NCBI GenBank assembly: GCA_021613535.1
Contig: CP075492.1
Span: forward strand, 2,232,001 to 2,296,000
From: Adineta vaga
Lineage: Eukaryota; Animalia; Rotifera
Reading direction: 5' to 3'
DNA: 64,000 bases
The position numbers and the translations under genes were made by a program. Below, one piece after another: positions 24,828 to 38,700 of the stretch. Below the pieces are notes generated by a model. The model was not told the origin of the DNA, did not search any database, and was given only the letters and a program-made list of their open reading frames with translations. How positions within the stretch are numbered: position 1 is the stretch's first letter; every line of letters starts with the position of its first letter.

Positions 24828-26797
24828 ATGTTATTTCAATTGATTTTTATCTTATTTAAACTTAACTTTTCTCTTTCAACAATATCACTTATGAAATATG
24901 AAAATACTCAAATAATTCCAAATGGAAATTCTTATTTAATTAGTACATTTATTGTTCAATCCCGAACTGAATGTATTTGTCGTTGTTCAAGCAATGAATA
25001 TTGTATAACAATAAATTATTTTGGCATCAATCAAACATGTTCATTATTTTCTTCACAAATTCAAATTGAAAATTTACAATTAGTTCCATATATAATGAAT
25101 TCTGTTGTTATGATTTTCTCAAATCGAATGATTTCAAGTAAAAACATTTCAATAATATTTGTTATTTTTCTAATTCATGAAAAATGTTTTAGCAACAACT
25201 CAAACAACAACAACTTCTTCAAGTAATATAATAATTGGTTAAAAAAGAGAAAGTCATTACATAGAGTTAATTTGTGAATACATCCGCTATATCATCTTAG
25301 AAAAATTCATGAAAAGTAAAACTGTTGAATATATCTGATTTTCTTTTAGCAACAATAACTGAAACAAGTTCGACATCAACATCTACAAGTAAAGAATATC
25401 TTTAAAAGAAAATTTTATTTATAATTTATGTGTATCTTTAGCAACAACAAATGTATATTGTGGAATTACATGTATTAATACAACAATATCAACATTATCT
25501 CGTGTGGCATTTTATTCATTTGATAATAATGTATTAGATAGTACTGGTAATTATTCAATGAAGGCAAATTTTACACAAAATTATGTTCAAGGATGGATTG
25601 GTTCAGCTATAAGTTTTACTTATAGTAATCAACAATATCTTCAATCAATACATATTCCATTAGATTCACGTTCATTTACAATTGATTTTTGGTTTTATGC
25701 AACTGAGATGTTGAATAATATGGCTTATAGTTTTGCTGGTGAACGACATTCATCAGTAAATAGTCAATGTTTATTTCTTGATCTTCGTTATCGATATCTT
25801 TATATGGGATTTTATGATGCTGATACATCAGGAACAACAATTTTATCAGCAAATCAATGGTATCATGCAACATTTGTATATGATTCAACAGTAAAAAAAC
25901 AATATGTTTATTTAAACGGTGTATTGGATAAGAGTGTAATAATTAATAATGATTTTTTAGGAACATTAGGATCATTTACTATTGGTGGTGCAAATATCGG
26001 TGGAGCTGGACCAACATATTCTTACTATTCAGGTTATATTGATCATTTTGGAATAAGTTATCGAGTTAAAAGTCCATGTGAAATTTATTTAAATGCAATA
26101 CTTTATTGTTATTTTTCATTTGATTCTATTTCATTTTTAAATGATTTAGGACCCAATTATTTAAATGCAATCAATTCAAATGGTATACAAATGAATGGTC
26201 GAGTTAATCAAGGAATAGAATTTTCATCATCAGTATCTTATATAAAAATTAAAGGAGTTAATATTTTAAATCTTATGAATCAACCATTTACAATATCAAT
26301 GTGGATTAAACCACTTAAACTTATTGATGGTGGAACACTTATTCATATATCAACACAATCTGATGGTACATATTTCTATAGATATGATTTATTCATATTA
26401 TCGTTTTCTGTTTTTAGGTATAGGGAATTGTTTTGCATTATGGGGTTTTACTTCGAATGGTTCATTTGTAATGAATTTGATTGATTCATCAAATAATATA
26501 AATCCAATACTAATTTCATCATCATTATTCTCAATAAATCAATGGACACATATTGTTCAAGTATTTAATGGAATAAAGGAAAATTATTTGTATCTCAATG
26601 GAAATCTTGCAATAATTTCATTATCAACAAGTCAACCAATGGGATCATATGTTTTTCTTGGAGCATCACCAAGCAATGCGAGTTCTTGTAGATCAGGATC
26701 AATTTCTATGGGACAATTTTATGGTATTATTGATGAATTTTATATTTTTGGAAAAGCATTAACACCAACTGATATTTGTCGTTTAGCAAATCCTTGA
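24828..26797 (+). CDS. Secreted PAN/apple + tandem LamG (ConA-like) domain protein, multi-exon
   Basis: Signal peptide, 'EC.C.C....C......C.L' PAN pattern, 'SFTIDFW', 'NQWYHATFVYD', 'YVYLNG', 'YSGYIDH', second unit 'FTISMWIKP...QWTHIV...FYGIIDEFYIF'. Confidence 0.85.
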
Positions 26798-27158
26798 AAA
26801 TTTCTTTGTTTTCCTATTTATCACAAATAAAGAGTTTCTATACGATTGATTTACTTTTGAAGCATATGCTCATTTGATAATGATAAACTCTGATCTTATA
26901 TCAATGCTATTATTGCGAGTGTCAAAAATTTGAAAATTCAGAAAGCCAATAATGTTTTTGTTCGAGATGTTTTATTTTAAACAAATTAGATAGATTTTGA
27001 AAGTGTACACTTTTGGCTTTAATTTTCACTATCTTATTTAGTATTATTTTGTCTACTATGAACGTCTTTAGTTATTGCATCAAATTTAAGCTTTCAAATA
27101 ATTGACAGAAATCTATGATACATGTTATAACTTTCTTTTTGTTCATTCTTTTATATTC

Positions 27159-27200
27159 TCTTGAGGATGAGAGTTAATAGATAACACTCACACCCAAAGA
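27159..27200. mobile_element. Degenerate telomeric-hairpin element
   Basis: TCTTGAGGATGAGAG...CACTCACACCCAAAGA. Confidence 0.45.
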
Positions 27201-28245
27201 ATATAGAAACGTATGTATTAGTCGCTTTATTTGCACGTATATATCAACTCGAGCATAAAACGTTTTCTATTTTCAGTTTTCCCCAGGGATATTGGCTTAA
27301 TATTAGCACAGTATTAATTAATCATAATTTAATACTTTTCTTTCAAAACTTTAAAAAAACCAAAAATGTAATCTTCTTAGTATTAAACTAACACAATACT
27401 TGATACGAGGCTTGATACTGTTTGGTGTTTTGAATGAGGAAAATTGAAAAGAACGTGCTTATCTCCATTATTTTGATGAGAAAAAAAGAGACGATGAATT
27501 TCCTTAAATATAGTGAAATCCCTTATCGCTCGAAAGAAACCCTTTCAGAATGTATAAAATGATCTTGATCGTTGTATAGAAGAACATTTTCTTTTCTTTA
27601 AAAAAAAAGAGATTGCATTTTCTCTGAACTTGTTCTTTGTCCTTTTTTTATTCAACGAATACTTTTCACTGACGATACTTTATTGTGCTGTGGCTCTGTT
27701 TATATGCATGTGATAATAAAGTAATTATAATGCTTTTTAATTTTACTTTCATTTTTGAGAATATTTGACTAATGAAATCTCAAGGGAGAAACAAGTTACT
27801 TCAAGATTCCAAGAAAATGAATAAACAGTATGAATGAAAGTTTTCCTTTTAGCAAGAATATCTGTTAATTATGAGATAAACATTTATTTCTTCTCTTGAT
27901 TTTCTCATCAAATATCAAAAGATAGATGAATGAGACAAGATCAGTAATTAGTATGTCAGTAGTTTCATCTGTACATAATAACAGCATGTTGATATCATCA
28001 GTTCTTAGATTAAACTCATTCAACAGAAAATACATTCTCCATCGAAAATAGAAACCCGGATGTGTTCTTTCATCAATGAAGTTGACGGTTGTACGGCCTC
28101 TCGATCATGTGATAATATTTGATGCATCATTTCATCCTCTTTCTTTTCTTTTTAACACACGCACACACATCTATAATGTAGTTTTATCTCAGTAGACTTT
28201 TCATTTATTACAGTTAATCATCTAAATTAATTCAGTTTTCTCGTC

Positions 28246-29226
28246 ATGTCTCTGTTCAATGATACGACGACAATCGTTGTTCAAATTCCTTATCCATTTC
28301 AACCTGTTCAATTTAGTATTCTATTAATAATCTCGATTTGTTCTATTCCATGTTTTATTTTTGTTCTTTATCATTTCTTATGTATACGGACACTCTATCG
28401 TGCACTCAATAATCATGTTATTATTCTTTTACTTCTAAGTAACTGTATTCAAACTCTCATTGACATCCCAATGCAGCTCAGCTACTATTTTATGGGTACA
28501 ATCTGGCCTCAAACTGTCAATTATTGTTTCTTCGATTATTTTATGGATTATTATTTATTTACAACTTGTTTTCTTCTCTTAACATGGGCATCATTCGAAC
28601 GACACATTCTCATATTTCACGCACAAGTGTTTAACACACAACGTAAACGTTTTATTGGTCATTATGTTCCTCTAAGTTTCTGTATTATTTATCCATTCAT
28701 TTACTACATTTTCTTCATATTTTTCTATCCATGTGAAAGTTATTACGATATGAGCATTTCAAACTGTGTTGTAGCATGCTATTTGTGGACTAGCGATGTT
28801 ATGGCTTTGTATGAGCAGATTGCTCATGGATTTGCTCTCATGTTCCTTATTTTCATCTTCAACATATTACTTTTCCTACGAGTTCGTTGGCAAAGAAATC
28901 GAATAGGTAGACAAATGGGGTGGGCTAAAAATCGAAAGATGGCAGTACAATTATTTAGCGTCTGTTTTTTATTTTTTCTCACCAATGGTTGCTACTTCAC
29001 TGTCCAACTGGGACAACTCTTATGGGATCCAAACTTTGGGACAACGTTGGCGGAGTGGACTACTCCACTTTCGTTGTGTATGCCACCGCTTATCCCTTTT
29101 ACGTGTCTCAGTACTTTACAAGGTCTTCAACCAAAATTTAAAATACTTGCTCCATGGCGGAATCGTCTTAACGTAGGTCCGATGGAAATGACAGTAAGAC
29201 GACAGATTGCAATGCCATCATCATGA
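28246..29226 (+). CDS. Intronless divergent rhodopsin-like 7TM GPCR
   Basis: Seven hydrophobic segments, 'LNNHVII', TM3 'WASFERHILIF', 'KNRKMAVQL'. Confidence 0.88.
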   Translation: MSLFNDTTTIVVQIPYPFQPVQFSILLIISICSIPCFIFVLYHFLCIRTLYRALNNHVIILLLLSNCIQTLIDIPMQLSYYFMGTIWPQTVNYCFFDYFMDYYLFTTCFLLLTWASFERHILIFHAQVFNTQRKRFIGHYVPLSFCIIYPFIYYIFFIFFYPCESYYDMSISNCVVACYLWTSDVMALYEQIAHGFALMFLIFIFNILLFLRVRWQRNRIGRQMGWAKNRKMAVQLFSVCFLFFLTNGCYFTVQLGQLLWDPNFGTTLAEWTTPLSLCMPPLIPFTCLSTLQGLQPKFKILAPWRNRLNVGPMEMTVRRQIAMPSS

Positions 29227-30167
29227 TCTCATGCTGTTTGAAAATATGGCATACTTGATTGATATTGTTTGATTTTATTTTCTCTAAGTGCCACTTCTTT
29301 TTTTTTATGTGAAATATTTAATCTTTTCTATATATATAATAAAATGGCTGTTGTGTGATTAACTTTGTTATGATTACGAACACTATCATTTTCTGTATAG
29401 CATTAATTGTGGAAAAAAACATTTATCTTTGACAAAAATATTAGTTAGACTGAATAAACCATGTTTTATTTCGTAAAAGGACAACATTATAGATATTGAT
29501 GAGTGTTGGTGTGGATATGAGTATTAAATTCATTTTTTAATTGTAAAAAAGAGTGTGAGTGTTACTATTTTTGATGGAATGAATCCATCAGTAAAATATC
29601 ATGAAGTAAATGACAAGCTTTTGCTGTTGAATATTTTCCTTCAGCTAATATTTAAATCCAAGGATAAAGAGATCAACAAAATTCATCAACTTTGTTGTCT
29701 TGTAAGTTTTGAAGAAAATGATGCCATTTGAAACGATAAAATAATTTAATATTTCATATTATCTCTTTCATAATAGTTTAATATAAAATCTATGATTCAA
29801 ACAAAAGAATACGTTACTCAATAGATGATCCAAAAATAAATATAAAATTCAGGATGAGAAAAATTTAATAGACGAAGACTTACTGATTCAAAATGATAAT
29901 AGGCAAATCTCAAAATATAAAGAGATCAAATTAGTTAAATCGATGGATCCATCTTCTTTTATTCGTTGTGTGGTTCATCTTCATCTATACAAATAATAAA
30001 TGATGATACTAATGATACGGCAGATATCATACAAAATTATACAACCACTAGTCTTTCACTTTGTCTCAAACATATAAGAAAGATCTATACGCAATACTTG
30101 ATAAAAACTCGAATACATCATGTTGGTCGGTATTTGATTTACCAGCAAAAATTCTAGTTTCATACAA

Positions 30168-30223
30168 ATCTTGTGGGTGTGGGTGTGGGGGTGGGTGTGG
30201 GGTAATACTCTTTCCCACACCCA
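30168..30223. mobile_element. Telomeric-repeat terminus directly upstream of a transposase ORF
   Basis: ATCTTGTGGGTGTGGGTGTGGGGGTGGGTGTGGGGTAATACTCTTTCCCACACCCA; lacks the terminal CCCTCAAGAT. Confidence 0.7.
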
Positions 30224-30260
30224 GGTTAATATTGGTTCGTTATGATTGAATCAATACAAA

Positions 30261-30771
30261 ATGTTGCAAACGTCAAGTAATAAAGATAAAAAAGAATTTC
30301 GTTTCTTTGTTTTACATTTAAAAAAGTTACATCGATCGTGGGAAATAAAGAAAATTACAAGATTTATTATTAATTCCGAAAATCCACCATCATATTCAAC
30401 ATCAAAAGCTCTATGGATGAAAATTTGGAGAATATTGAAGAGAAAGACAATAGATGACTTACCAAGGGCAGGTGCACCTCGTACAACAGCTACATCTGAT
30501 TATCTCCAAGCAGTACAAGAAACTATTGAATTGAAACAAAATGCATCAATTAGAAATGCTAATGATAAACTTAATAGACAAGGTTATAGAACATCGAAAA
30601 GTTCAGTATGGAGAGCAAAAAAATAAATTGAAATTAAAATGGTGGAAAAGAAAAACTGTACAAAATTTAACAGATCATCAAAAGATTGAACGTGTTAGAA
30701 TTGCCAAACGTTTACTGAAGCATTATCGAGTGAAGAAGCGTTTCAAATTTTACAAATGGAATAAGGTCTTG
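30261..30771 (+). pseudogene. IS630-Tc1-mariner-like transposase, N-terminal DNA-binding half, frameshifted and truncated
   Basis: 'DLPRAGAPR' (GRPR-like linker), HTH 'SIR..SKSSVWR', 'LTDHQKIERVRIAK' and 'W..VL'; cut just before the expected first catalytic 'SDE'. Frameshift in the A-run at ~30617-30623. Confidence 0.75.
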
Positions 30772-33700
30772 CCCATGTCATCGCTTTTTTAACGACTGCG
30801 TCGCAATTGCGCGCAGAGGCTTTTTTGCGACGCAATTGCGCGTAATTGCGACGCAGTGGCCGCAATTTCTGTAGCTCATCTATTGGATGATTTTCGAATA
30901 ATAACGGTCATTGTCTTCGTGGAGTATAAAAGGAGATGTAATAAGAATTCATGCTCATTTCTTCAATTTTCAATTATCTGATCACTTAGCATTTTAACTA
31001 TCAATATCGAAAGATAAGTAGTACTCAACATCTATATGAGTCACCTGTAAGATGTGTCATCAATATACTTGTAGTCTGTATGGGAACCAATCAGATTTTA
31101 GATGCTATTTTTCTCGACCAATATGATTTTAGATACTTTTTTTCTTAACCAACGAGATTTGTGACGCTTTTTTTTCGAACAATCCGATTCAGGGAGCTAT
31201 TTTACTTGACCAATAGGGTTTGAGATGCTCTTTTGTTTAACCATATGCTCAATTTCGAAGATGTTGTGTTTACATAAGCTATTATTATAACATTTCTATT
31301 TGTTATCGTGTTCTTCGAGCCTTATATTTGAGAGTAGAATACAGTATATTTTTTAAATAGGAAGTGGAAAGTGAGCATTCGCGAAAATTACATTTATTTT
31401 GTTAAAATTATATTATATATTCAATACATATTATTGTTTGATTTTTCTGTTTTTTAGGCCAATGCATCGATTCAAAGCTACAATATCGAATAAAGTGAAA
31501 GCACGACGTCTTCAACGTCTACAACGTCGAGAAATGGTAAATCAATTGTTCCAATCTTTAGATATTATTTCCAGCGATGATGATGATGCAGATGCTGATT
31601 CAAGAAGTGATGAACCAGCTGAAGGTAGGCCACAATCTTTATCAGAAAATGTTCTTTTAGATTTATCACATCCAAAACCAATGAATTATCAAAATGACCA
31701 ATTCGACGCCACTCATATATTTGATGAAGAACCTGTTGAATTTGACAATTCTGAAAGATTGTTCGATGGTAGTAATATTAACAACGAAGGACGCTGTGCG
31801 TCGACTAACATCGTTTATGGTTGATAACAACATTAACAAACAAACTGCTATTAATTTGCTTCGTATTATCAAAGTGTTATTACCGACTCCAAATCGTTTA
31901 CCAACAACTTGGAAAGGGATTATGAAAATATTGAATCACATATCAACAGCACGTTCGTCGTATTTATGTTCCAGTTGTCTTAGACAATGTAAAAAAAGGT
32001 GCGTATGGTGTTAAGTTATGTGATAATGAAGAATGTCTGAAAAACAATCGTATGTTAAAGTCAACTGAAATTGTCGAATTAACTCATTTGGACATTCGAA
32101 ATCAGCTTCAATCTATTTTAACTAGAAACCAAATTCTACTTAATCGAAAAGATCTTTATCCAATTACAGACGTTTGTTTTGGAAATTTTTATCAAAACCA
32201 ATCAAATACAATGATCAATCGACTTACTTTAATTGTTCATGTTGATGGTGCACCAATTGTTAAATCATCTAAACAAAATCCTTGGCCTTGCTTCGCTTCA
32301 ATTGTCGAGTTACCACCACCAGTACGTAACCACTAGAAAAACATTGTTCTTATGTCTTTATGGCTTTCGAGAAAAAAACCAGATGCAAATGTATTTCTTG
32401 AAGAAACGATCGAAGAACTCGAACAACTAATTAATACTGGAACATCAATATTTATTAATGGCTTTGAATATCAAATTACTATACGAACACAATATTTTGT
32501 ATCTGATCTGCCAGCGAAAGCTTTATTCTGCAAAACTGTTAATTTTAATGGTTATTCGGCGTGCACAGAATGTTGTACTACAGGTATGTCTAGTTATATT
32601 TTATTTTTCTGGTACTTTAGGAAAACTTTGTCTGTTTGAGTTTCATCTACTTGTTATCAGTATTAAGTATTTAATACGTAAAATCATCTGAATGAATACA
32701 ATTCTTTATAGAGATTTGGATTTCTGATATATACTTGACGTTAGCACCTAAACACTGTATGTATCGAAAAGACATTATCTATCGGTGTTACAATACACTT
32801 AATGATAATTGATAATCTATTAAATAAATATTCGCTTGCATTCCGTTCACATGATTTAGTTTTATTTCAGTTCTAATTTTCCTTCATACAGTTTTCAATG
32901 ATACAGTAATACTTCTTTAGTTTTTCACAGGATAAATTCATTTCTTTGTAGAAAACTTAAATTCTTTTACTCACATGTGAAAATATTGTATCCTTTCTAA
33001 TAGGGCAATGGAGTGCGCAAAACAATATGGTTGTTTATCCATTTACCAATAATAATCTTACACCTCGAACACATAATGAATATCTTGATGCAGCAAAAGA
33101 AGCACAGAAAAAGTCTATTAATGGAAAAAGTGTATCCATTCGTGGAATTAAAGGCCTTTCAATGTTATTTCAGGTAGGCATTATTTTGTGCTTTTTGCCA
33201 CATTTCTTACGCAAAGAACGTACTCGGATAAGATACATGGGACAAAAAGCATAGCTATTAGGATTTTCCTGTGTGTCACCATAATCATTATGTTCGAAGA
33301 TGCTATACTGTCAAAGTTACTGGGATAAAATATCTCAATATATCGAAGAGGACATATAAGAACAGACGCCATAATTAGCAGTAAATTCCGATTTATTTTA
33401 CTCCATTTATCTAATCTGATTTTATGATGAAAACAAATTGTATTTTTCTTATTATGTTTTATTTTTTACTTCAGGTGTTTGAATATCCTTCTCAAATTGT
33501 ATTTGACTATGTGCATCTTGTATGTCTTGGTCACGTTCCATCTGTTATCAGACGTTGGTGTAAAAATGTTGATAAAACATCTTAAAATGAAATTGATAAT
33601 TTATTAGGTCAACTTTATTTACTACATAATTTAAATGTACCCTTTTTAGAATTCATTCAACGTGCTGATCAATGGAAAGCTAAGAATAGCCGGTTGTTCG

Positions 33701-35419
33701 TACTGAATGTTGGTACACCTGCTGCTATACTTCATCTTCCGAAAATTTTAGCATCACATTTTTTACTTTATTCTATGGTAATTATCATGCTTTATGCACC
33801 TAGATCTAGTGATGAAATTGACATGGCAGAACAGGTAATGAATTATTATTGTAAAACGGCACCTTTAATACATGATTCATCAATTGAATTGTTTTCACTT
33901 CATGTACATATTCATCTTGGACAACAAGTTAGACAACATGGTGGTCTTGGACATACATCTGCTTTTGGCTTCTAATCATGTATCCGTTTTATTCAAAAGA
34001 AAGCCCATGGTAGTAAAGATCTTGGTGTACAAATTACCTACTGGATTGACCTGTAAACAACGATGCAAACAAAGATAAAAAATCCGACATGTACAGCAAT
34101 CAATGTAAGTATAATATTTTCTGATAACGTTTTCCACTTTCTGAAAAAATATTCTAGGAAATCAAATTAAAAGATCGGCGACTTAGTATGTATCAAATTT
34201 TTGTTTTGCAACATTTGGCAAATTATAAATTTGATGTGAATTCGTACAATTTTTACCTACGATTCAAAAGTTTCTTCATCAAATATCATACGACTATTTA
34301 TGATCAACCATTCAAATGCCAAAGTTATATTATCTCCTTCACCGATTCAATGGACAACTTTATCTATTATGGAAATATTATCGTCTTTATTCAAACAAAT
34401 TTACAGTTCTATGCTTTCATTCAAAATTACAGATCAAGTCAAAAATTCGTTTCACATTACGTCGATATTCCTTATTCATTACATATGAAAGTGGATGAGT
34501 TATTTCCTTTGGTAGAATTGTCCGACGAATTTGCCTTTATTTCTGTAGAAAAAATACGTCACAAATGTGTGAAAATTCCATTCGACGGTGTTTTTTGTTT
34601 ATCTGAAATACGATTGGATTATGAACATGACTAATCGTTTCTTTTTCTTACGAAAAATTTATTCTTATTTTATTTTCTTTATATTAGATATATTGTAGAT
34701 TGTTTTGTATTCAAAACCAACCATATTCATATCCACGTCCACAACAAATACCTATGCCAAACATTATTTAAATTGACGAGCAATTCCTGATGTTGAAGTT
34801 TATAAATTGGTTTTATTTCCGTCGGACAATACAATTGCTGTTGTTAAATCAAAACAATGTTCACCAGCTGAACATGATGGATTTATTTTTGTTCAAAGTG
34901 GTCGAAAAAAATTTACTGGTATTCCTCTTGAACAAGGTAAATGCGTAACAAATATATTAGAGATCTGTAAAGTATAGATCGACTTGAACAACATATGATA
35001 ATTGTTTTTACGTAGTCTTTATGAAGATTAACTTCTTGAATTTAAATGTTTATTACCGTTTTATGTCTTCAAGTGAGAAAATTGTAAAACTGAAATATTG
35101 ACAAGAAAAAGATTTTATTTGTACTACTTTCCGAAGAAATGTTTTTTTTAACATATTACTTAAAGCCACGAATTCACCCTTTTTGATTGCATATTATAAT
35201 TTCATTTATTTTTCTTTGTGTAGGAACTTTTTTGGAATGTAGTCAAGCAGCTGGTCGATTAACAAAGAAAACTGTCAGTCCTGAAATTGAAAGTGATTAT
35301 GAACGTAACAATGAAGAAAATCCACCGAAACGACAAAAGAGTAAGAAAAATATTAATTACTTTCTTCTCTTTTATTAACTTGATTGTAATTTAATGTAGA
35401 AAATCTATCTGATGTCGAA
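30772..35419 (+). mobile_element. Decayed CACTA/EnSpm (CMC)-like transposon; right end missing
   Basis: Begins CCCATGTC with a GC-rich palindromic subterminal region (CGCAATTGCG repeats). Spliced transposase 'HVDGAP...WP...ELPPPVR', 'SDLPAKA..NFNGYSAC.EC', 'DY.HL.CLG', 'WKA', 'HGGL..TSAFGF'; several stops (32334, 33583, 33973) and a frameshift; second spliced ORF from 34754. Confidence 0.8.
30899..31246 (+). promoter_or_regulatory. Transposon promoter-like cassette: TATA box plus a tandem CCAAT-box array
   Basis: AATAACGGTCA..TATAAAAG at ~30899-30932; about six CCAAT-like motifs at ~31-bp spacing in 31088-31246; homologous copy at ~55959-56150. Confidence 0.45.
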
Positions 35420-35466
35420 GGGTGGGTGTGGGTGAGGGTGTGGGTGTGGGTGTGGGTGTGGGTGTG
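35420..35466 (+). repeat. (TGTGGG)n tract joining the truncated CACTA ORF2 to the Athena 5' region
   Basis: GGGTGGGTGTGGGTGAGGGTGTGGGTGTGGG... starts abruptly inside a coding-like exon. Confidence 0.85.
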
Positions 35467-35608
35467 TATGCTTTGTTTTATGACTTTTCTTTATTAAATA
35501 TCAAAGCATTTTACATATTGAAATGATTCTCATTTTCATATTATTTATCATTATAGATTAATCTTCGGTTGTTCTTATCAAAGTCTTTGAAAGAATATCA
35601 TATTGGCA

Positions 35609-36442
35609 ATGAATACTACAAAACCATCATGTGTTCTCTATGAAAAGGTACTATATAATCATATCAGTAGAAGATAAACATCTCTTCATTCATTATTATC
35701 TTTTCTCTTCCTATTGTAGAAGTGGGGTGTTTATACAGATGATCCATGGGAAGTTTTTGTCATGGATCGTAAGGGTCAGGTAGGAATAACAAGAGTACTG
35801 ATGGTTGATTCTAGTTGAATCATTCATTTTGTTAGGCTGTATTCCCGTTTTCACGTCGGCCAGTTCCTGTCAATCTTTTTCAAGCTCTAAGAGCTAAGAT
35901 GGCTGCTCAAACAGCCAAAGAAAAAGATGATCTTCATATCGATGAAAAAGAGTATGTTTGCATAGGTTCTTGTGATGCATTTTCCTACTGTTATGTGTTC
36001 ATTTTGTCTCTAGGCTTGATCTGGATTTTCAGTTCATGAAAATCATGATGACAAACCTATGTTGGAAGAAATAGAGTACGTCCATTTTTCATTTGTGTTC
36101 ATATATCTATATAAAAGTTGTATTTATTTTCCTAGAGAATCGGTGGACATAGCTGCTGAACCATGGTCAATTGCGACGACATTCGAAGAAATTGATCTTG
36201 GTCATAACGTGTCAACAAATTCTACTATTCCTCATTTTCTACCTGATCGATACGATAAGGACGATGATGAAGAGGAGAGCTGGGACAGTAATGATCTTTC
36301 TGACTATATACGTTATGAATATGATTATTATGGTTATCTTCGTGAAATCGAGGAAGAATATGGCCAATACGATGATTATCTCGACGAATCATTTTGGGCA
36401 GGTCTACCAGATCCTTTTGAATCATATGATTGGGAATGCTGA
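35609..36442 (+). CDS. Small multi-exon accessory ORF with an acidic Tyr-rich C-terminus (Terminon cargo)
   Basis: Several ~55-70 bp GT..AG introns; last exon 'DDDEEESWDSNDLSDYIRYEYDYYGY'; AATAAA at ~36541. Confidence 0.5.
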
Positions 36443-37083
36443 TGAAAACAATTGTGGCATTGTTGAGACATTTTTTTCTGTGTTTCTTTTTGTTTTTACG
36501 TTGCGTATTATCATCTTTTCCTAGTCTATTGTTATGTGAAAATAAACTTTTTTCCTAGTCCGATCTTTGTTGTTGCTTTTCGTGTACAAATTCTTCACTG
36601 AGAGTCTTATACAAATGAGTAGAAGCAGTAGAACTAAGCGGTTGGAATCAGAAGTAAATGAATTATCAAGTTGAAACTCAATGTCTACATTTTCTATTGA
36701 ACAGAAGAAGTATAATCGACAGCATATGTATTATATACGTCATTTGTTCAATAAAAATGATATTCTTTCAAAAGATAACTTGATAACTCATTAACTTTTG
36801 ATTTCAATCGCTTCTTTTTTTATCAAAAACTATTTGTGTGTTTTCTATGATAAATAGTGGACATAACTATTTGTCATATATATATATATACTTTTTTTGT
36901 CCGACAAAATCCAACCCTTTACTTCCACGTAGTGTCGGATGGAAACGTTAACATATACAGTTTGCTAACGGCTAAAAAGGGCTATGGTGTTACTATATCG
37001 GTCATAACGATTGATATTGTTGTTGTTGATGAAACAGATGATACTTATTTGTGTTTGTATATTGTAGATCAAATCTTCTATTG

Positions 37084-38678
37084 ATGATTATGGAATCTGC
37101 TGACGATAATCAAACAGATAAGAAAGCACAGAAGAGGAATCATCGTGGAACTAGACGACAACAACGCTACAGAGCAAAACAGAAACTTCTGCAACTATGT
37201 GAACTTGCTAGTGCACAAGCTGCAGAACTTATGGAAGTACAAGAAGTGGTAGCAATAGTAGAAGAAGAAGCAGAAAAACCGATGAACAATAGTTTGCAAA
37301 TAGATTTCTCATTGGTATGTATGTCTATGTTTGAAAGATGTTGTATTTCGAAGATAAAAACATAAAGAACATCATTTTGTATTACAGGATGAGCAAAATA
37401 ATGAAATGGAGAGACAAACAAGAAGAAGAAGAAGAGGAAGATCGAACAAACGACGAATTGAATCGATCATGACGCCGACAATAATGACAGAGAATGATGT
37501 GATTCAATCATTTAGTCAATTATCGATTATTCCACACGCGGCGGAGAATGTTGCGGTGAAGCGAAGAAGAATAGCAGCTAAACATCGATCATCAAAAAAA
37601 CATCATTTTGTTCCAAAGCAACAAAGTGATGTATATCTACTGGATTATTTGAATGTTCCAGATCGAATATTCAAGAAAATGTTCATATCGGCATCCAAAA
37701 GTCTGCATGCTTCTGTTCCATACAATATGATTTGTCGATGGTTAGACAATAGTTCTAATATGCGACATATTCGTGAACATGCTCGTCTATTAGATAAACT
37801 ATTGTATTTACAATTACAACAAGCAATATGGACAGAATATTTTAACATTGGCAGTCTATCAGATGGTGTATGGGCATCTGAAGTACAATTGCATGCAACA
37901 CAAAATGATTTAAATATACATTTAGATCATATGAACTACATTGTTGGAGAAAAATCACAAATGCAACCGATTGATTTTTCTGTAATATTGAAGGCGTTTG
38001 TTCGACGTGGACAACATAAATTAAATGGTGAATTCGAATGTAAAAAACGGCTATCACATTTCGATTATCAAGATCATCTCTTGACGAAAGTTTTCTTCGA
38101 TTTGAAACCAACGAAAAGACAGGTATAGCTGCAGACACACTAGAGAGAAAAAGAGAACTCTGTTGAGAATCTATATTCTTATGTTGTTTATTTTCGTGCA
38201 GATTCGATCGGCTAAAAAGATTTGGTCTGCTACATTTAAACAACAGATTGCTGAAGAACAAATAATGATACTTAAACATCGTATATCTTCAAGAATATTA
38301 CCGAAGATATTCGATGTATTAGATCATTCATTAGTTGATCTCAATAGAAATCTACAAGATCGCGTGATCGATAATGATATACGTGCGACCATAACAAGTC
38401 GCCGTAATAAAGTTATTGGTCAATTGAAATCAGATATGATATCAATGAAGATTTCAATAGCCGAAGCAACAGCACGTGGTCATGCACAAAAAAGTAAACG
38501 AGAAAGAGAAGTATTGCTATCAAATCAATGCTCTCATGATGGAGATGAAGCAATGATTAATAATATGATTAATACTATTCAGGCCCGTCAAGATAATATT
38601 ATTAAACGAGCTCAATATGTTACTGCCTGTAAAGTGTCTTTTTTCGACGAAACTCCGGCGATGTTGCTTATGGATTAG
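37084..38678 (+). CDS. Athena ORF1 (basic, helical/coiled-coil), 3 exons
   Basis: Basic 'KRNHRGTRRQQRYRAKQK', 'DYLNV', 'LQLQQAIWTEY', C-terminal 'SFF'; introns at ~37315-37388 and ~38123-38201. Confidence 0.7.
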
Positions 38679-38700
38679 AAGGATGGCAACAGCATCGTCG
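38639..38700 (+). promoter_or_regulatory. Programmed -1 ribosomal frameshift signal (T TTT TTC plus downstream stem-loop)
   Basis: Heptamer 38639-38645 is phased X XXY YYZ in the ORF1 frame. The -1 frame runs stop-free (FFRRNSGDVAYGLEGW...ELATP) into the RT ORF. CGATGTTG can pair with CAGCATCG downstream. Confidence 0.75.
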
